A stretch of 64,000 nt of DNA from Azolla caroliniana (lineage: Eukaryota > Plantae > Polypodiophyta): NCBI GenBank assembly GCA_043228905.1, contig JBHGNT010000022.1, forward strand, positions 6,758,001 to 6,822,000, in the 5' to 3' direction. The notes under the pieces are model-generated. The model saw nothing but the letters and a program-made list of their open reading frames with translations, searched no databases and was not told the origin of the DNA. Positions 11,977 to 24,369 of the stretch are shown here, piece after piece. A program made the position numbers and the translations under genes. Every line of letters begins with the position of its first letter. Within the stretch, counting starts at the first letter, position 1.

Positions 11977-14900
11977 TGTTGGGAAATCGGTCTCTTCGGA
12001 TGGGATCCGGTGATGAATAAAGAGGACCCAGTGAGAGTCGGAAGAGATCCGGAAACTAGAGGAGACCCAGTGAGAACCGGAAGAGAAGAAAGATTTGTAA
12101 ATATCTCTTGAATAAGCCCATTGAGGCTATATTTGTAGATAGCCCTAAGTTCATATAACTATAAATATGACTTAGGGCAATCACTTTATATGTGTGTGCG
12201 ATTGTGTTGTTGTTATATTGATGTAACTGTTGTATAGAGAGAGTGGGGGAGAGAGAGATACAGAGCGATACTCTGTTGTAACTGCCACTGTGCGAAGAAA
12301 CAGAGCTTGAGGTCGTTGCCTCTGAGTCTCTAATTGTACCCCTTCTCTTCATTGTGATAGTTTGGAGTTTGTGGGCTCCCGTGGTTTTTTCCCTACTAGG
12401 GTTTTCCACGCAAACATCCTGTGTTATTTTCTTGTGTACTCTCCACTTCCCATTTCTGTGTTTGATTCTTAAAGAAGTGTTTTACTCCTCGGTTGTGGCC
12501 GAACGATATTCCACGTGCATTTCTTTTCAAACTGGTATAAGAGAAAGCAACAAAGAAAATGGAAGAATCTTACGACGGCATGTTCAAGCTCACTAGCTCC
12601 AACTACTCAGTGTGGAAGTCGAAGATGATGGATATGCTCGTGGTCAAATATCTTTGGTTGCAGGTTTAGTTCGAGGACAAGATACCGGACAAGATCGACG
12701 CCACTGTGTGGGAGGTGATACACATGAACACGGCGACATACATCCGGTGCTTCATCGACATGAGCTTGTACAACAACTTCAATGAAGAGAGCAAGGCTCA
12801 TGAGCTTTGGGAAAAGATCGGCGTTATGTTTCAGAACAAAAATGTTGTTAATCGGGTTTCGGTATTTCGGAAGCTAGTGAGGCTCTGGTACCAAGACGAC
12901 TCCTATATGGCGGAGCACATGAATGTCTTCCTTGGCTGATACACTAAGCAACCTCGTTGGAAGTACCTCTCGCTGATGAGGTACTTGCTCTACTCCTGCT
13001 CGGTTCCCTCCCGGATAGTTGGGAGACGTTAGTTGTCATGTTGGGCAACGCCAGGCCGGAAGGAAAACAGTTATTCCTACCAAGGGTTAAGTCGAGCTTG
13101 CTAGATGAGGAGGCGCGTTGGAAAGACAAGGAGGTGATCTCCGATGCCAAAGCCCTCCTTACTGAATCAGAACGTGGAAGACAAAGGAATCGGAGTCCCC
13201 AGAACTGGGAAAAGTCGGGGACATAGTCAAAGTCAAGGGGGAGGCTCACTTGCTTCTATTGTTGCAAGCCGGGGCACTTCTAGAAGAACTATCAGCATTT
13301 CCGGAAAGACAAGGGAACCGACAGTACCGATTCGAAGAAGTCCTTGGACCGAGAAGGTTCGGATCGGCGAGGCCCGGACCGGAAGGGAATGATGACGATC
13401 GCGGCAAGTGAAAAAGAACTAATGCTCATCACCGAGGAGAGTGAGTTGAACCTTGCCGTCGACGAGACAACGTGGGTTGTCGATTCTGGAGCATCATTCC
13501 ACCTTACCCCGGACTGGAAATGCTTCTCATCCTACACAGCCGGTGAGCACGGTTGTGTCCTGATGGGGAATGAAGGGACATGCTGAATTATCGGCATAGG
13601 AGATGCGCTGTTGACAACATCAACTGGATGCAAGTTGCTGCTGAAGGATGTCTGACACGTTCTGGAGGTTCGACTGAACCTAATATCAGCCAGTCGGCTA
13701 AATGATGAAGGATACATAGGTAGCATCCGGAACGGTGTCATGAAGTTCTGCAAAGGGAGCTTAATAGTGGCTCGAGCCCGGAAGGTCAACACACTATACT
13801 TGATGAATGCCCAGATATGCCGAGAAGAAGTAAACATAGCATCTGACACTGTCGGTGGGTTGTGGCACAATAGACTGTGTCACATGAGTGAGAAGGGGAT
13901 GAAGAGGCTTTCCGAAGACAACCTCATTCCGGTGAAGGACATGGAACTTGAGAAGTGCACCGATTGCTTGGCCGGCAAGCAAAACCGAACCTCCTTCTAA
14001 TCAAGACCACCGATGAGATGGAATGCACCACTAGAGCTGGTGCATACCGATGTGTGTCAAGTGGACACAAAGTCACATGCCGGATCGCAGTACTTCGTGA
14101 CGTTAATAGATGACCACAGTCGGAAGTTGTGGGTCTCGCCATTGAAGATGAAGGATCAGGTGCTATCCGTCTTCAAGGAGCTCCACGCGAGAGTGGAAAG
14201 AGAAACCGGCCAAAAGCTGAAGACGGTTCGAGTAGATAACGGAGGAGAATACCGGGGGCAGTTCAAGGAGTACTGCTGGTTGAAGGGAATCCGGCTCGAA
14301 TTCACAGTGCCGAAGATGCTAGAACTAAATGGGCTGGCCAAACAGATGAACCAGATCGTGATGGAGAGAGTCCGGAGCATGTTGGCACATGCAAAGTTAC
14401 CCAAGACGTTTTGGGCTGAGGTGCTGACGACAACGACCTATGTGATAAATAGATCACCCTCAGTACCCTAAACCCTAAACCCTTGGACGAAGACTCACCA
14501 CAGAAAGTATGGACCAGTAAGGATGTGTCTTACTGGCATCTGAAGGTGTTCGGGTGTCTCGCATACGTGCATGTGGCGAAGGACAAGAGAGCAAAGCTAG
14601 ATCCGAAGTCCTGGCCATGCATATTCTTTGGATACGACAATGATGAGTTTGGTTATCGGGTGTGGGATTTGGTCGATAGAAAGGTGTTCCAGAGTCGGGA
14701 CATAGTCTTCATGGAAGACAGGACCATTGCCGACTAGGAGTTGGAGAAGAAGGTAATGAACTCCGTATCATCCCTTGAAAACTGGCTTGAGGACAAAAGG
14801 ATATACTCGGTTGAAAACCAGATGTTAGCCGGTAACCGGATGACACTCGACGAACCGGCCGGATATGGACATGAAACCGAACCAACCGAAGAAGAAGCAG

Positions 14901-16288
14901 AAGAAGAAGACATCGGAACCGGACAAGATCCCGAATTGGATTTAGATGAGGAACATATGGAGGAACCGACAGTCAGAAATCAAGGATGGAGATATCCTCT
15001 CCGGGAGAGAAGACCGCCTGTAGATTTCCGGATGCAGAGCATGTGTTGCTAACCGATGAGGGGGAGCCAGAAAGCTTTGAAGAAGTAAGGGGAGACACCC
15101 ACAGCCGCAAGTGGTTGAGTGCCATGCAGGATGAGATGGATTCCCTGCATGAGAACCACACAAATGAATTGGTGGAGTTGCCGAAAGGAAAGAGGGCACT
15201 CCGAAACAAGTGGGTGTACAAGCTGAAACCGGGAGACACCGGAAATCCACCAAGGTATAAGGCGCGAATCGTGGTGAAGGGCTTCCAGCAGAAGAAAGGA
15301 GTGGACTTCGATGAGATCTTTGCCCCAGAAGTAAAGATGACATCCATCCGGACGGTATTGGGCATAGCAGCAAGCATGGACCCCGAGGTAGAGCACCTGG
15401 ACATCAAGACGACATTCCTACATGGAGACCTCGAAGAAGAGATCTACATGCATCAAGCGGAAGGATTTGAGAAGAAAGGGAAGGAGCACCTGGTGTGCCG
15501 ATTGAAGAAGAGCTTGTACGGACTGAAGCAAGCTCCTCGGCATGGTACCGGAAGTTTGACTCATTCATGACCGATCAAGGGTACCATAAGACGCAGGCCA
15601 ATTACTGCGTGTTTGTGAAGAAATTTTATGGAGGAGATCTCCTGATATTTGCTCCTGTACGTGGATGACATGTTGATCGTTGGACGAGACCAAGTCAAGA
15701 TATGGATGCTGAAGAAGGCCCTTAACTAGAGCTTTTGAATGAAAGACTTGGGTCCGGCAAGACAGATACTGGGGATGCACATCATTCGGGACCGGTCGAA
15801 GAAGCAATTGTGGTTGTCACAGGAAAAATATGTGACAAAGGTGCTTCAGCGGTTTAACATGTCAGAAGCAAAACCGGTCGGATCGACACTCCTGACAAAC
15901 AGCAGATTATCCAGTAAGCAAACCCCGAAGACAAAAGCAGAGAAGGCGGATATGATGAAGATTCCATATGCCTCTGCGGTCGGGAGCTTGATGTACGCAA
16001 TGGTGTGTACTCGACCGGATATTGGATACGCAGTCACAGTGGTGAGTCGGTTCATGACCAACCCCGGAAAAGAGCACTGGAATGCAGTAAAATGGATACT
16101 CAACCATAGAGGCGGAGTACATGCCAGCTGTGGAAGCTGGTAAGGAAATATTATGGATGAAGGACTTCATCAGAGAGCTAGGGATCCGGCAAGAGGAATA
16201 CCGGCTCTACTGCGATAGTCAAAGTGCCATCCACCTTGCAAAGAACGCGGCATACCATTCCAAAAAAAAGCACATCCAGCGCAGGTAC
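11977..16288 (+). mobile_element. gag-pol: Ty1/copia family B, 5' LTR (11977-~12531), PBS, degenerate gag-pol; truncated in RNase H
   Basis: TGTTGGGAAA LTR start; PBS TGGTATAAGAG at 12533; WVVDSGASFH protease, LWHNRLCH, ELVHTDVC, DNGGEY, RT motifs, YCDSQSAIHLAKN..KHIQRRY; many stops and frameshifts. Confidence 0.95.
14470..14483. repeat. Interstitial telomeric insertion (AAACCCT)2
   Basis: TCAGTACCCT-AAACCCT-AAACCCT-TGGACG; sibling copies near 6370 and 62245 read SPS(V/T)PLDG without it. Confidence 0.9.
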
Positions 16289-19200
16289 TGTTGTAGACAG
16301 GGCCGTCAATGCGGAAGATTAAATAGCATTCGATTCGTGTTGAGTACCTGCGTATGACAGAATCGAAGATCGTGCACAGAGAAAGCGAGAGAGAGAGAGA
16401 GGAGGCACACAAAACTCTTTCTATTCAATAGAAACAATAATACAACCCAACCTTACAAAAAGGTTACAAGGTCACTATATATAGTGACCGACTTAGGGCA
16501 ACTACCATTTATGCTAATTACACAAATGGCCCAAACTTGATCTATACAAAGGGATAGTGTGAATACGTCCATTATATACTTGTATTCGACACTCCCCTGT
16601 AATGGGCGTATACATGGGTTATCTAAGATTACAGGTATAAACCTAGGTTCTCGGACATATCAGTTTTGTTCGAGTCGGCAGGGTCCGAAGGCAGAAGACC
16701 GAACTGGTCGGGTCGGAAGAGTTGAAGCCGATCATTAGGGAACTGATGTCGGTTGTCTGAAACCATCCTGCGCTGTGTCCGGCTCTAACCGGACTGGTTT
16801 GTCGTTACGCCCATCTGATGCCGAAGGGACCGAAAGCGGTCTGCCGAAAGACACTTGGTCATTCCATCTGCGACATTGTCGGTTGTGGATATTTTCTCTA
16901 GACCGATTTTCCCTGAAAGGACGCAGTCCCGAACGAAGTGATATCGAACGTCGATATGTTTGGAGGCGTTGTGGTGAACCGGATTTCTCGACAAGGCAAC
17001 AACACCTTGACTGTCGCTATAGACAACTGGAGCCGAGTCATGGTCGACTTGCCGAAACGTGTGCGCCAGCCGGCCGAGCCACAAAGCGTCTTTTGCAGCG
17101 TCGGACGCAGCTACATATTCTGCTTCGGTCGTTGAGGTCGCTGTGCACTCCTGAAGTTTCGACTTCCACGAGATTGCTCCATTGCCGAATTTGAAGCAGT
17201 ATCCGGTTGTTGATTTCCGACTGTCTATACAGCCGGCGAAGTCCGAGTCGGTGTAACCGACTACGCCTGAGGTTGAGTTCAGACCGAAAAGAATGCCGTG
17301 GTCTTTTGTGCCAGCCAGATATTTGAACACATGCTTGACTACGTTCCAATGCGATCGGCCAGGATTGTGCATAAATCTGCTAACGACTCCTACGGCATGA
17401 GAAATATCAGGCCGTGTCGCGACCATCAGGTACATAAGGGAGCCGACTGCCGGTGCATACGGTACCGACTTCATATCTTCCCCCTCCGGACCGGATGTCG
17501 GGCAGTCTCGCTGAGAGAGCCGAAGATTCATGGGGAGCGGGGTTGAAGCAGATTTGGCTGATTTCATGTTGAAGCGTTCCAAGACACGTCCGATATAGTC
17601 GGTCTGTGACAAAAAAAGATGTCGTTTATCGCGATGCCGACTAATCTTCATGCCAAGGATGTGTCGTGCCGGACCGAGGTCCTTCATGGCAAACTTCAAC
17701 CGCAGTTGCCGAATGAGATCGGCAAGTTCGCCCGCGTGGCGTCCAGAAATTAGCATGTCGTCCACGTAAATGATGAGGAAGATGGGTGATCCATCTTGAG
17801 CTGTGTTGGTGAAAAGACAATGGTCCTCATCGCTTTTGGAGAAGCCGATCGATTGGATGAAGTCGTCAAACTTCTTGTACCATTGTCGCGGTGCCTGTTT
17901 GAGGCCGTATAGACTCTTCCTGAGTCGGCAGACTAGATGTTCTTGGCCAGTTGCCACGAAGCCTTTTGGCTGCTCCATATAAATTTCCTCTTCAAGATCA
18001 CCATGGAGGAAGGCTGTTTTGACATCTAGCTGAATCAGCTCCAAGTTGTCGGCTGCCACTACGCCGAGTAGAAAACGAAGGGTTGTCATTTTCACCACTG
18101 GTGAAAAAATCTCGTCGAAGTCGACGCCATATTCTTGTCGGAAGCCCTTCGCAACTAATCTGGCCTTGTACTTTGGGGTGGTCGAATCAGACGTCTCTTT
18201 TAGTCGATAAACCCACTTGCAAGGAAGAGCACGTCGATTCTTAGGTAGTTCGACCAGATCCCAAGTCTTGTTTGCCCGAATGGAGTGCATTTCCGACTCC
18301 ATCGCCAGATGCCAGGTGGCTGAATCGACAGATGTCGATGCTTCTTCGTAAGACGTCGGTTCGCCGGCGTCGGTGAAGAAAATTCCAGGAGAATACCTCT
18401 CCGGAGGTTGCGACAATCTCTCGGATCGTCGAGGTATGATTGGACTGGTCGCATCGGGTATCGAGGTCGGATGGTCCGAAAGCGGATTATTCTGCTGTGC
18501 CGAGTCAGAGTTGTCCGAGTCGGTGGTGTAAGGTTCAGCTACCCGTGAAGCTGACCGTGTGTTAAGAGCGGGGCCTTCTTGAAGGGTCGGCACATCGGAA
18601 AATGTTACCCTTCGGACTTCGATCGGTTTTTCGACTGATGGATTCATAGCCGACTCGTTGAACACAACGTCCGAACTTCGAACGATTTGTCTGCGTTCGG
18701 GGTCCCAGAGTCGGTATCCCATTTCGCCGTCTGATCCATATCCAAGGAAAATGCATTTCCTGGACCGAGGTGCAAGTTTTCGGCGATCATCTTTCGGAAT
18801 AAGGGCGTATGCCTCGCATCCGAAGATCCTCAGCTTGTCGTAATTCGGCTTACTGCCGATCCATAGTTCTTGAGGAATTTGAAGTCCTAGAGGTCTGCTT
18901 GGCGACATATTGATTATGTGTACTGCCGTGAGTAGAGCCTCTGCCCAGAAGCCATCCGACAGTCCGGAGTGTTGGAGCATGGAAACTATCCGTTCTTGGA
19001 TTGTCCGATTCATGCGTTCTGCAATCCCGTTTTGCTCCGGACTGTGTGGTGCCGTAAATTCACGTCGGATGCCGCGTTGTCGGCAGAATTTGACGAATTC
19101 TTCTGATTTGAACTCTCCCCCATTGTCGGTCCGAAAGCATTTCAGTTTTCGGTCAGTTTGATTTTCTACCATAGCGAGCCAATCGGAGAAGATCGAGAAG

Positions 19201-21817
19201 ACACGATCTTTGGTGCGAATTGGATAAGCCCACACCTTTCGAGTCGAATCGTCAATAAAACTGACGAAGTAAGAGGCACTGTCGAGAGACTGATGCGGCA
19301 TTGGGCCACAGACGTCTGAGTGGACTAAATCGAGAGGTCTCGTTTCTCTTGGTGCTGATGTCGGGTGTGATGCGGCTGCTTGTTTGCCATACTGGCAATG
19401 TTCGCAGAATTGATGATCCGAGAAGGAGAGTTTGGGGATGTATCCGGCTCTAGATAGGTGCGTAATGCCGGCCTTGCTGAGGTGTCCTAATCTTCTGTGC
19501 CATAGTGATGACACAGGAATATCCACCAAAAACAGGTTACCCTCTCTGAGCGTAACATGTAATGGATACAGTGAGTGTATCTTGGGTCCTCTAGCAAGCA
19601 GGAGGTTCCCCCTGTGGAGTGTCCACCCTCCCGAAGAAAAACCGGCACGAATGCCTTCTTCATCTAGTTGTCCGACTGAGATCAATGGCCTTGAGAGCTC
19701 GGGTACATGTCGGACATTGTGAAGTACAAGTGTAGAGCCACCTACAAGGTTGAGCTCTACTGTGCCGATTCCAATGATGTCACAGTGTTGCGAGTTGCCG
19801 ACTCGAACTGAGTCGGAGTGACGGATCGTATATTGCCGAAATTGGGATCGATGAGGAGTCATGTGAAATGACGCGCCCGAATCTAAGAGCCATGTGCTCG
19901 ATTCTTCAGTCGTGAGCAGAACTTCTGATCCGACTGGATTTTCGATTGATAGTATATTCGGGTCGTTTGGTAGCACATCAGCTGAGAAGCTGACGTAATT
20001 GATCTCCTCATGCCGGCCACTCTTCTTGTCTGATTTCTGAGACTTGTTGTTCTTGTTCTTGAGTGCGCGGCAGTCGGCTTTGATGTGTCCGGGTTTCTTG
20101 CAATAGTTGCAGATTCGATTATCCTGTGACTGGCTCCGTCTTCGCTGATTGTTCGGCTGCCGTGAGGAATCTCTTCCTCGTATGTCTGATCGTTCTGTCG
20201 AACCTTGTACTACATAAGCGTCGTCTGTTGAGTCTTTGGCGAAAGACTTTCTCCGAGCTGCTTCGGTCAGGATTGCGCTCGTGACTTCGGAGTATTTAAC
20301 AGCCGTGGTTGACGCGTTGCACACGGTTGTGACGAAAGTTTCCCATGATGAGGGAAGGCTGCTCATGAGTATCATTGCTCTGAGTTCATCCTCGATTGCC
20401 GTCCCCTGAGATGAGATTTGGGAGCTTATGCTTTCGTACTCATTGAGATGTGTTTGAACCGAATCTGATTCTTTCATCCGCAAGTTGTAGAGGCGCCGGA
20501 TCAAAAACATCTTTGTTGCAGCGACCTTCTTTTCGTAAGTGTCCGACAGTGTTTTCCACAGTTCGAATGCTGTCGTACACGATTGCACCGTAAAGTATAC
20601 CGATTCCGATAGGTGCATCCGAATCGTGGCGCGGACGATTCTGTCCAGCTTCTGCCACTCAATTGGTTTGTATCCTTCTGGAGGTTCTTCATTTTCGATG
20701 GGATCGATTTGCCCCTTGACTATGAGATAGTCCTGCATTTGCTCCTTCCAGAAGTTGAAGTTCGATCCATCGAACTTTCGTAGACTCATTTCTGACGAGC
20801 CGGATGTTGATGCCATCAAATTTGGTTTCGGTTGACGAAGCTCGGTTCGGAGTTGACTACGAACCTTGTTGGAGTGCAGCCGGTTGGCTCACCCGATATC
20901 GTTCTAGTCGGATTTGAACCCGAGTCGGTTCGGCTTCGGATATATGTATTGTTGAACTTGCTCGAATTGACTCCGGTAACTTGAGGGACAGAACCGACTG
21001 GTCTTCCCGAATGTTGCCGAGTCGGAGTGAGCGCGGTTCGCTTCCGAATATATATGCCAAATACCGATTATTGAAACCGATTGTCTGGACCGATTCTTCT
21101 TCGGGTGACTGCAGCGACGAGAGAGACGGATCCAACTGATCCTCCCGAATGTCGATCAGCCGGATGAAGCACGAATTTGGGTTGTTGTCTTGAGACCGAT
21201 CTGCACCGAGTGGTTACAATGAGCGGCGAGCAGTGTTTGATGACCTCTTCGGATGCCGTTTAACCGAGTGGAGCACGATCGTGTCAATGTTGCACAAGGG
21301 GATTTCACCTCGAGCGGTTACGATCACAAGGAACAGAGTACAACCGGCTGGCTTACTCCAAGCGAAGATGATCTAACGCGATGAGATGCAAGCCTCGTTT
21401 TTTCTTCTTCTTCTCTCTTCTTCGAATGACGCAAGAAACCGAATGCTGTGCAGGCTGAGACGACGGCCGACAGCGGGTTGGAGAACCGAATACTGTGCAG
21501 GCTCTGATACCAGATGTTGTAGACAGGGCCGTCAATGCGGAAGATTAAATAGCATTCGATTCGTGTTGAGTACCTGCGTATGACAGAATCGAAGATCGTG
21601 CACAGAGAAAGAGAGAGAGAGAGAGAGGAGGCACACAAAACTCTTTCTATTCAATAGAAACAATAATACAACCCAACCTTACAAAAAGGTTACAAGGTCA
21701 CTATATATAGTGACCGACTTAGGGCAACTACCATTTATGCTAATTACACAAATGGCCCAAACTTGATCTATACAAAGGGATAGTGTGAATACGTCCATTA
21801 TATACTTGTATTCGACA
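16289..21817 (-). mobile_element. Intact Ty1/copia family C element (5' LTR 21515-21817, 3' LTR 16289-16591)
   Basis: 303-bp LTRs TG...CA with one mismatch seen; PBS TGGTATCAGAGC (tRNA-iMet) 21501-21512; PPT AGGGGAG 16592-16598; uninterrupted ORF. Confidence 0.98.
16785..20819 (-). CDS. gag-pol: Copia Gag-Pol polyprotein, 1344 aa (Gag, CCHC knuckle, protease, integrase, RT, RNase H)
   Basis: CNYCKKPGHIKADC, WLLDSGASFH, LWHRRLGH..CEHC, HSDVCGP/TDNGGEF/NGIAER, YVDDMLI, YTDSDFAG, KHIDVRYHFVRD. Confidence 0.98.
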   Translation of the reverse strand: MMASTSGSSEMSLRKFDGSNFNFWKEQMQDYLIVKGQIDPIENEEPPEGYKPIEWQKLDRIVRATIRMHLSESVYFTVQSCTTAFELWKTLSDTYEKKVAATKMFLIRRLYNLRMKESDSVQTHLNEYESISSQISSQGTAIEDELRAMILMSSLPSSWETFVTTVCNASTTAVKYSEVTSAILTEAARRKSFAKDSTDDAYVVQGSTERSDIRGRDSSRQPNNQRRRSQSQDNRICNYCKKPGHIKADCRALKNKNNKSQKSDKKSGRHEEINYVSFSADVLPNDPNILSIENPVGSEVLLTTEESSTWLLDSGASFHMTPHRSQFRQYTIRHSDSVRVGNSQHCDIIGIGTVELNLVGGSTLVLHNVRHVPELSRPLISVGQLDEEGIRAGFSSGGWTLHRGNLLLARGPKIHSLYPLHVTLREGNLFLVDIPVSSLWHRRLGHLSKAGITHLSRAGYIPKLSFSDHQFCEHCQYGKQAAASHPTSAPRETRPLDLVHSDVCGPMPHQSLDSASYFVSFIDDSTRKVWAYPIRTKDRVFSIFSDWLAMVENQTDRKLKCFRTDNGGEFKSEEFVKFCRQRGIRREFTAPHSPEQNGIAERMNRTIQERIVSMLQHSGLSDGFWAEALLTAVHIINMSPSRPLGLQIPQELWIGSKPNYDKLRIFGCEAYALIPKDDRRKLAPRSRKCIFLGYGSDGEMGYRLWDPERRQIVRSSDVVFNESAMNPSVEKPIEVRRVTFSDVPTLQEGPALNTRSASRVAEPYTTDSDNSDSAQQNNPLSDHPTSIPDATSPIIPRRSERLSQPPERYSPGIFFTDAGEPTSYEEASTSVDSATWHLAMESEMHSIRANKTWDLVELPKNRRALPCKWVYRLKETSDSTTPKYKARLVAKGFRQEYGVDFDEIFSPVVKMTTLRFLLGVVAADNLELIQLDVKTAFLHGDLEEEIYMEQPKGFVATGQEHLVCRLRKSLYGLKQAPRQWYKKFDDFIQSIGFSKSDEDHCLFTNTAQDGSPIFLIIYVDDMLISGRHAGELADLIRQLRLKFAMKDLGPARHILGMKISRHRDKRHLFLSQTDYIGRVLERFNMKSAKSASTPLPMNLRLSQRDCPTSGPEGEDMKSVPYAPAVGSLMYLMVATRPDISHAVGVVSRFMHNPGRSHWNVVKHVFKYLAGTKDHGILFGLNSTSGVVGYTDSDFAGCIDSRKSTTGYCFKFGNGAISWKSKLQECTATSTTEAEYVAASDAAKDALWLGRLAHTFRQVDHDSAPVVYSDSQGVVALSRNPVHHNASKHIDVRYHFVRDCVLSGKIGLEKISTTDNVADGMTKCLSADRFRSLRHQMGVTTNQSG

Positions 21818-23788
21818 ATCCGGTGGCACAGCCGAATGATACGACACTTGGCCGACTTCGCGACACCCTTACATGCGGCAGTCCATCGCCTTCCTTTCCA
21901 ATGGACGTCAGTCGAGGATACGGCTTATCAGACCCTGAAACGAATGTTGTCACATGCTCCGGTGGTCCAGTCTCCGGTTTGGTCCGAACCGTTTCACGTC
22001 TTCGTAGATGCTTCGGACATCGCCATCGGAAGTGCTCTGATGCAATGCACACCCTTGAATTGGTATAGGCCCGTGTACTACGCCAGCCGACGGCTCTCGA
22101 CCGCGGAAAAGAATTACTCCACCACCGAGCGGGAGGCTCTCGGTATGATTTATAGCATCAATAAATTTCGGCATTACCTCTTGGGCCGAAAATTTACCTT
22201 TCATGTGGATCACTCGGCCCTTCTTTATTTGGTCAATAAACAAGCCCTCACCGGACGGTTGGCTCGGTGGATGCTCCTACTACAAGAGTTTGATTTTCAG
22301 ATTCAACATCGACCCGGGGTACAACATGCCGTCGCCGACTACTTGAGCCGTCTTGAGTCAGGAGAACCGGCGAAAACAACGTACGACGAGTTACCGGACG
22401 CCAGCCTATTTAACCTGACCACGGTACCAGACGATAACGGAGATGAATGGATCACGGGGATGACCCATTTTCTCACTACCGGTGTACCTCCCGAGCGCAT
22501 GACCCTTGACACGAGGAAACGCCTAGCAGTGCGTAGCCGGAATTTTTGCCTCGTCTCAGACATTCTCTACCACAAAGGCTCGGACGGCATATGGTGCCGA
22601 GCGATTCGGTAGTTCGAGAAGAATGTCGTTCTTCAGGAAGCCCACCACGGAGTAGCGGGGGGACACTACGCCGGGGATTCCACGGCAAGGAAAGTTTGGC
22701 AAAGTGGATTATGGTGGCCAACAACGAAGAAAGACGCTCACGAGTTTTGCAGGCAGTGCGATTTGTGCCAACGACTGGGGCAACCAATGGAACAGTCACG
22801 GATGCCACACCAGCCGATTCTTCCATTGGACCCATTTCAAAACTGAGGTTTGGATTTTGTAGGCCCTTTTAAACCACCCGCGGCCCGAACAGGGAATAGA
22901 TATATTATCGTTGCCACAGATTACTGCACCAAATGGGTCGAGGCTAAGGCACTCCGAGATAACACGGCGGCATCCACGGCTAAATTTGTGTACGAGCACC
23001 TCTGGTGCCGTTACGGATGTCCAATCGAGCTCGTTAGTGACCAAGGTGGGGACTTCATCAATCATATAATACGTGAGCTTACACACCACTACGCGGTGGT
23101 GCACAAGAAAAGCACACCATACTACCCGCAGGCGAACGGCTTGGCAGAATCGACAAATAAAATCCTCCAAACCATACTGAAGAAGATCGTCAATGAAAAC
23201 AGGACCGATTGGGATGACAAACTCCAGAGCGCGTTGTGGGCGTATCGTACGACTTTCAAAACAAGCATCCAATCGACCCCCTTTCGAATGGCGTTCGGTT
23301 TAGAAGCCGTAATGCCCGTCGAGTTCCAAGTTCCGAGCCTCCGAGTTCAAGTCAAAGCATGGCTCCCCGAGGCCGAATCCGAGCAATACTGGCTGGAACA
23401 ACTCCTCGAACTCGGGGAAGATAGGATAGAGAGTATGGCCCAGCTTGAACAACGCCAACGGCAACGCAAGGCTTTCGTGGATCGACATCGACATGGGCTG
23501 GAGAAGGAGCTCACCATCGGCAAACCAATCGTTCTTTTCCAAACACGACTCAGGTCAATGCCGGGAAAATTAAGATTTCGGTGGACCGGTCCATTCTGGA
23601 TTATCGACGAGTTCAACGGGACGTTCCAGCTCGGCACACTCGCCGGCGACACGGTCAAAAGCTGGGCCAATGGTTTTCGGCTTAGACCATATCGAGGGAC
23701 TACACCACCCAACCCGTTTACCAAGCCACACGGCACCAACGAGACTCGGGAGATCACCACGGAGGACGCCACGTGTCCCCCTGCATAA
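21818..23788 (+). pseudogene. pol: Gypsy pol (RNase H-integrase) with few disruptions
   Basis: ORFs 21785-22612 and 22850-23788 in one frame, separated by in-frame stops around the HHCC region (H..H..CRQCDLC). Confidence 0.92.
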
Positions 23789-24369
23789 GGACTCGCCCAC
23801 CTTCTTGAAATTAATAAAAGTAGTAGTAGGTAGGATTAACCATAGTTTAGCCACTGTTTAGCTACACCTACACCACCCACCTAGGCACCCACAAGTTTAG
23901 GAGCACCCCTCACCTCCACTCTTAGTTCAAGTTACCTTCAACTCTCTATGCTCCACCCCTCGCCACCACTCAGTTAGTACCTATTTAAGCTGTTCACACA
24001 TGCAAACCACATGCAAAGCACTAGAAGCACCCCACTCACCTTCAGGACACGTGGTGCTAGTCACTTATTATGGCACACACGACTCAGAATCTTTAGGATT
24101 CGCTGCAGGCACAAAACCCTAGGAATAAGTTACCAAAACCTTTTCCAAAACGCAGCACAGACCATTATCGCTCTCCATCTCCATTGCTATCAAGATCAGA
24201 AACCCCATCTCGCCCTCATCACGCGAAGCGCTCTTGCTCTCAAGCCCTCTTCCGCTCTCATAACCTCTCTGCTGGACTTCCACTTCCTGCTGCTCCTGCT
24301 GTAGCTCGCCCTCGTCTCATCACTTTGCTTCACGCTTCTGCACAGTCGAACCCAGCCTCCATCTCCACT

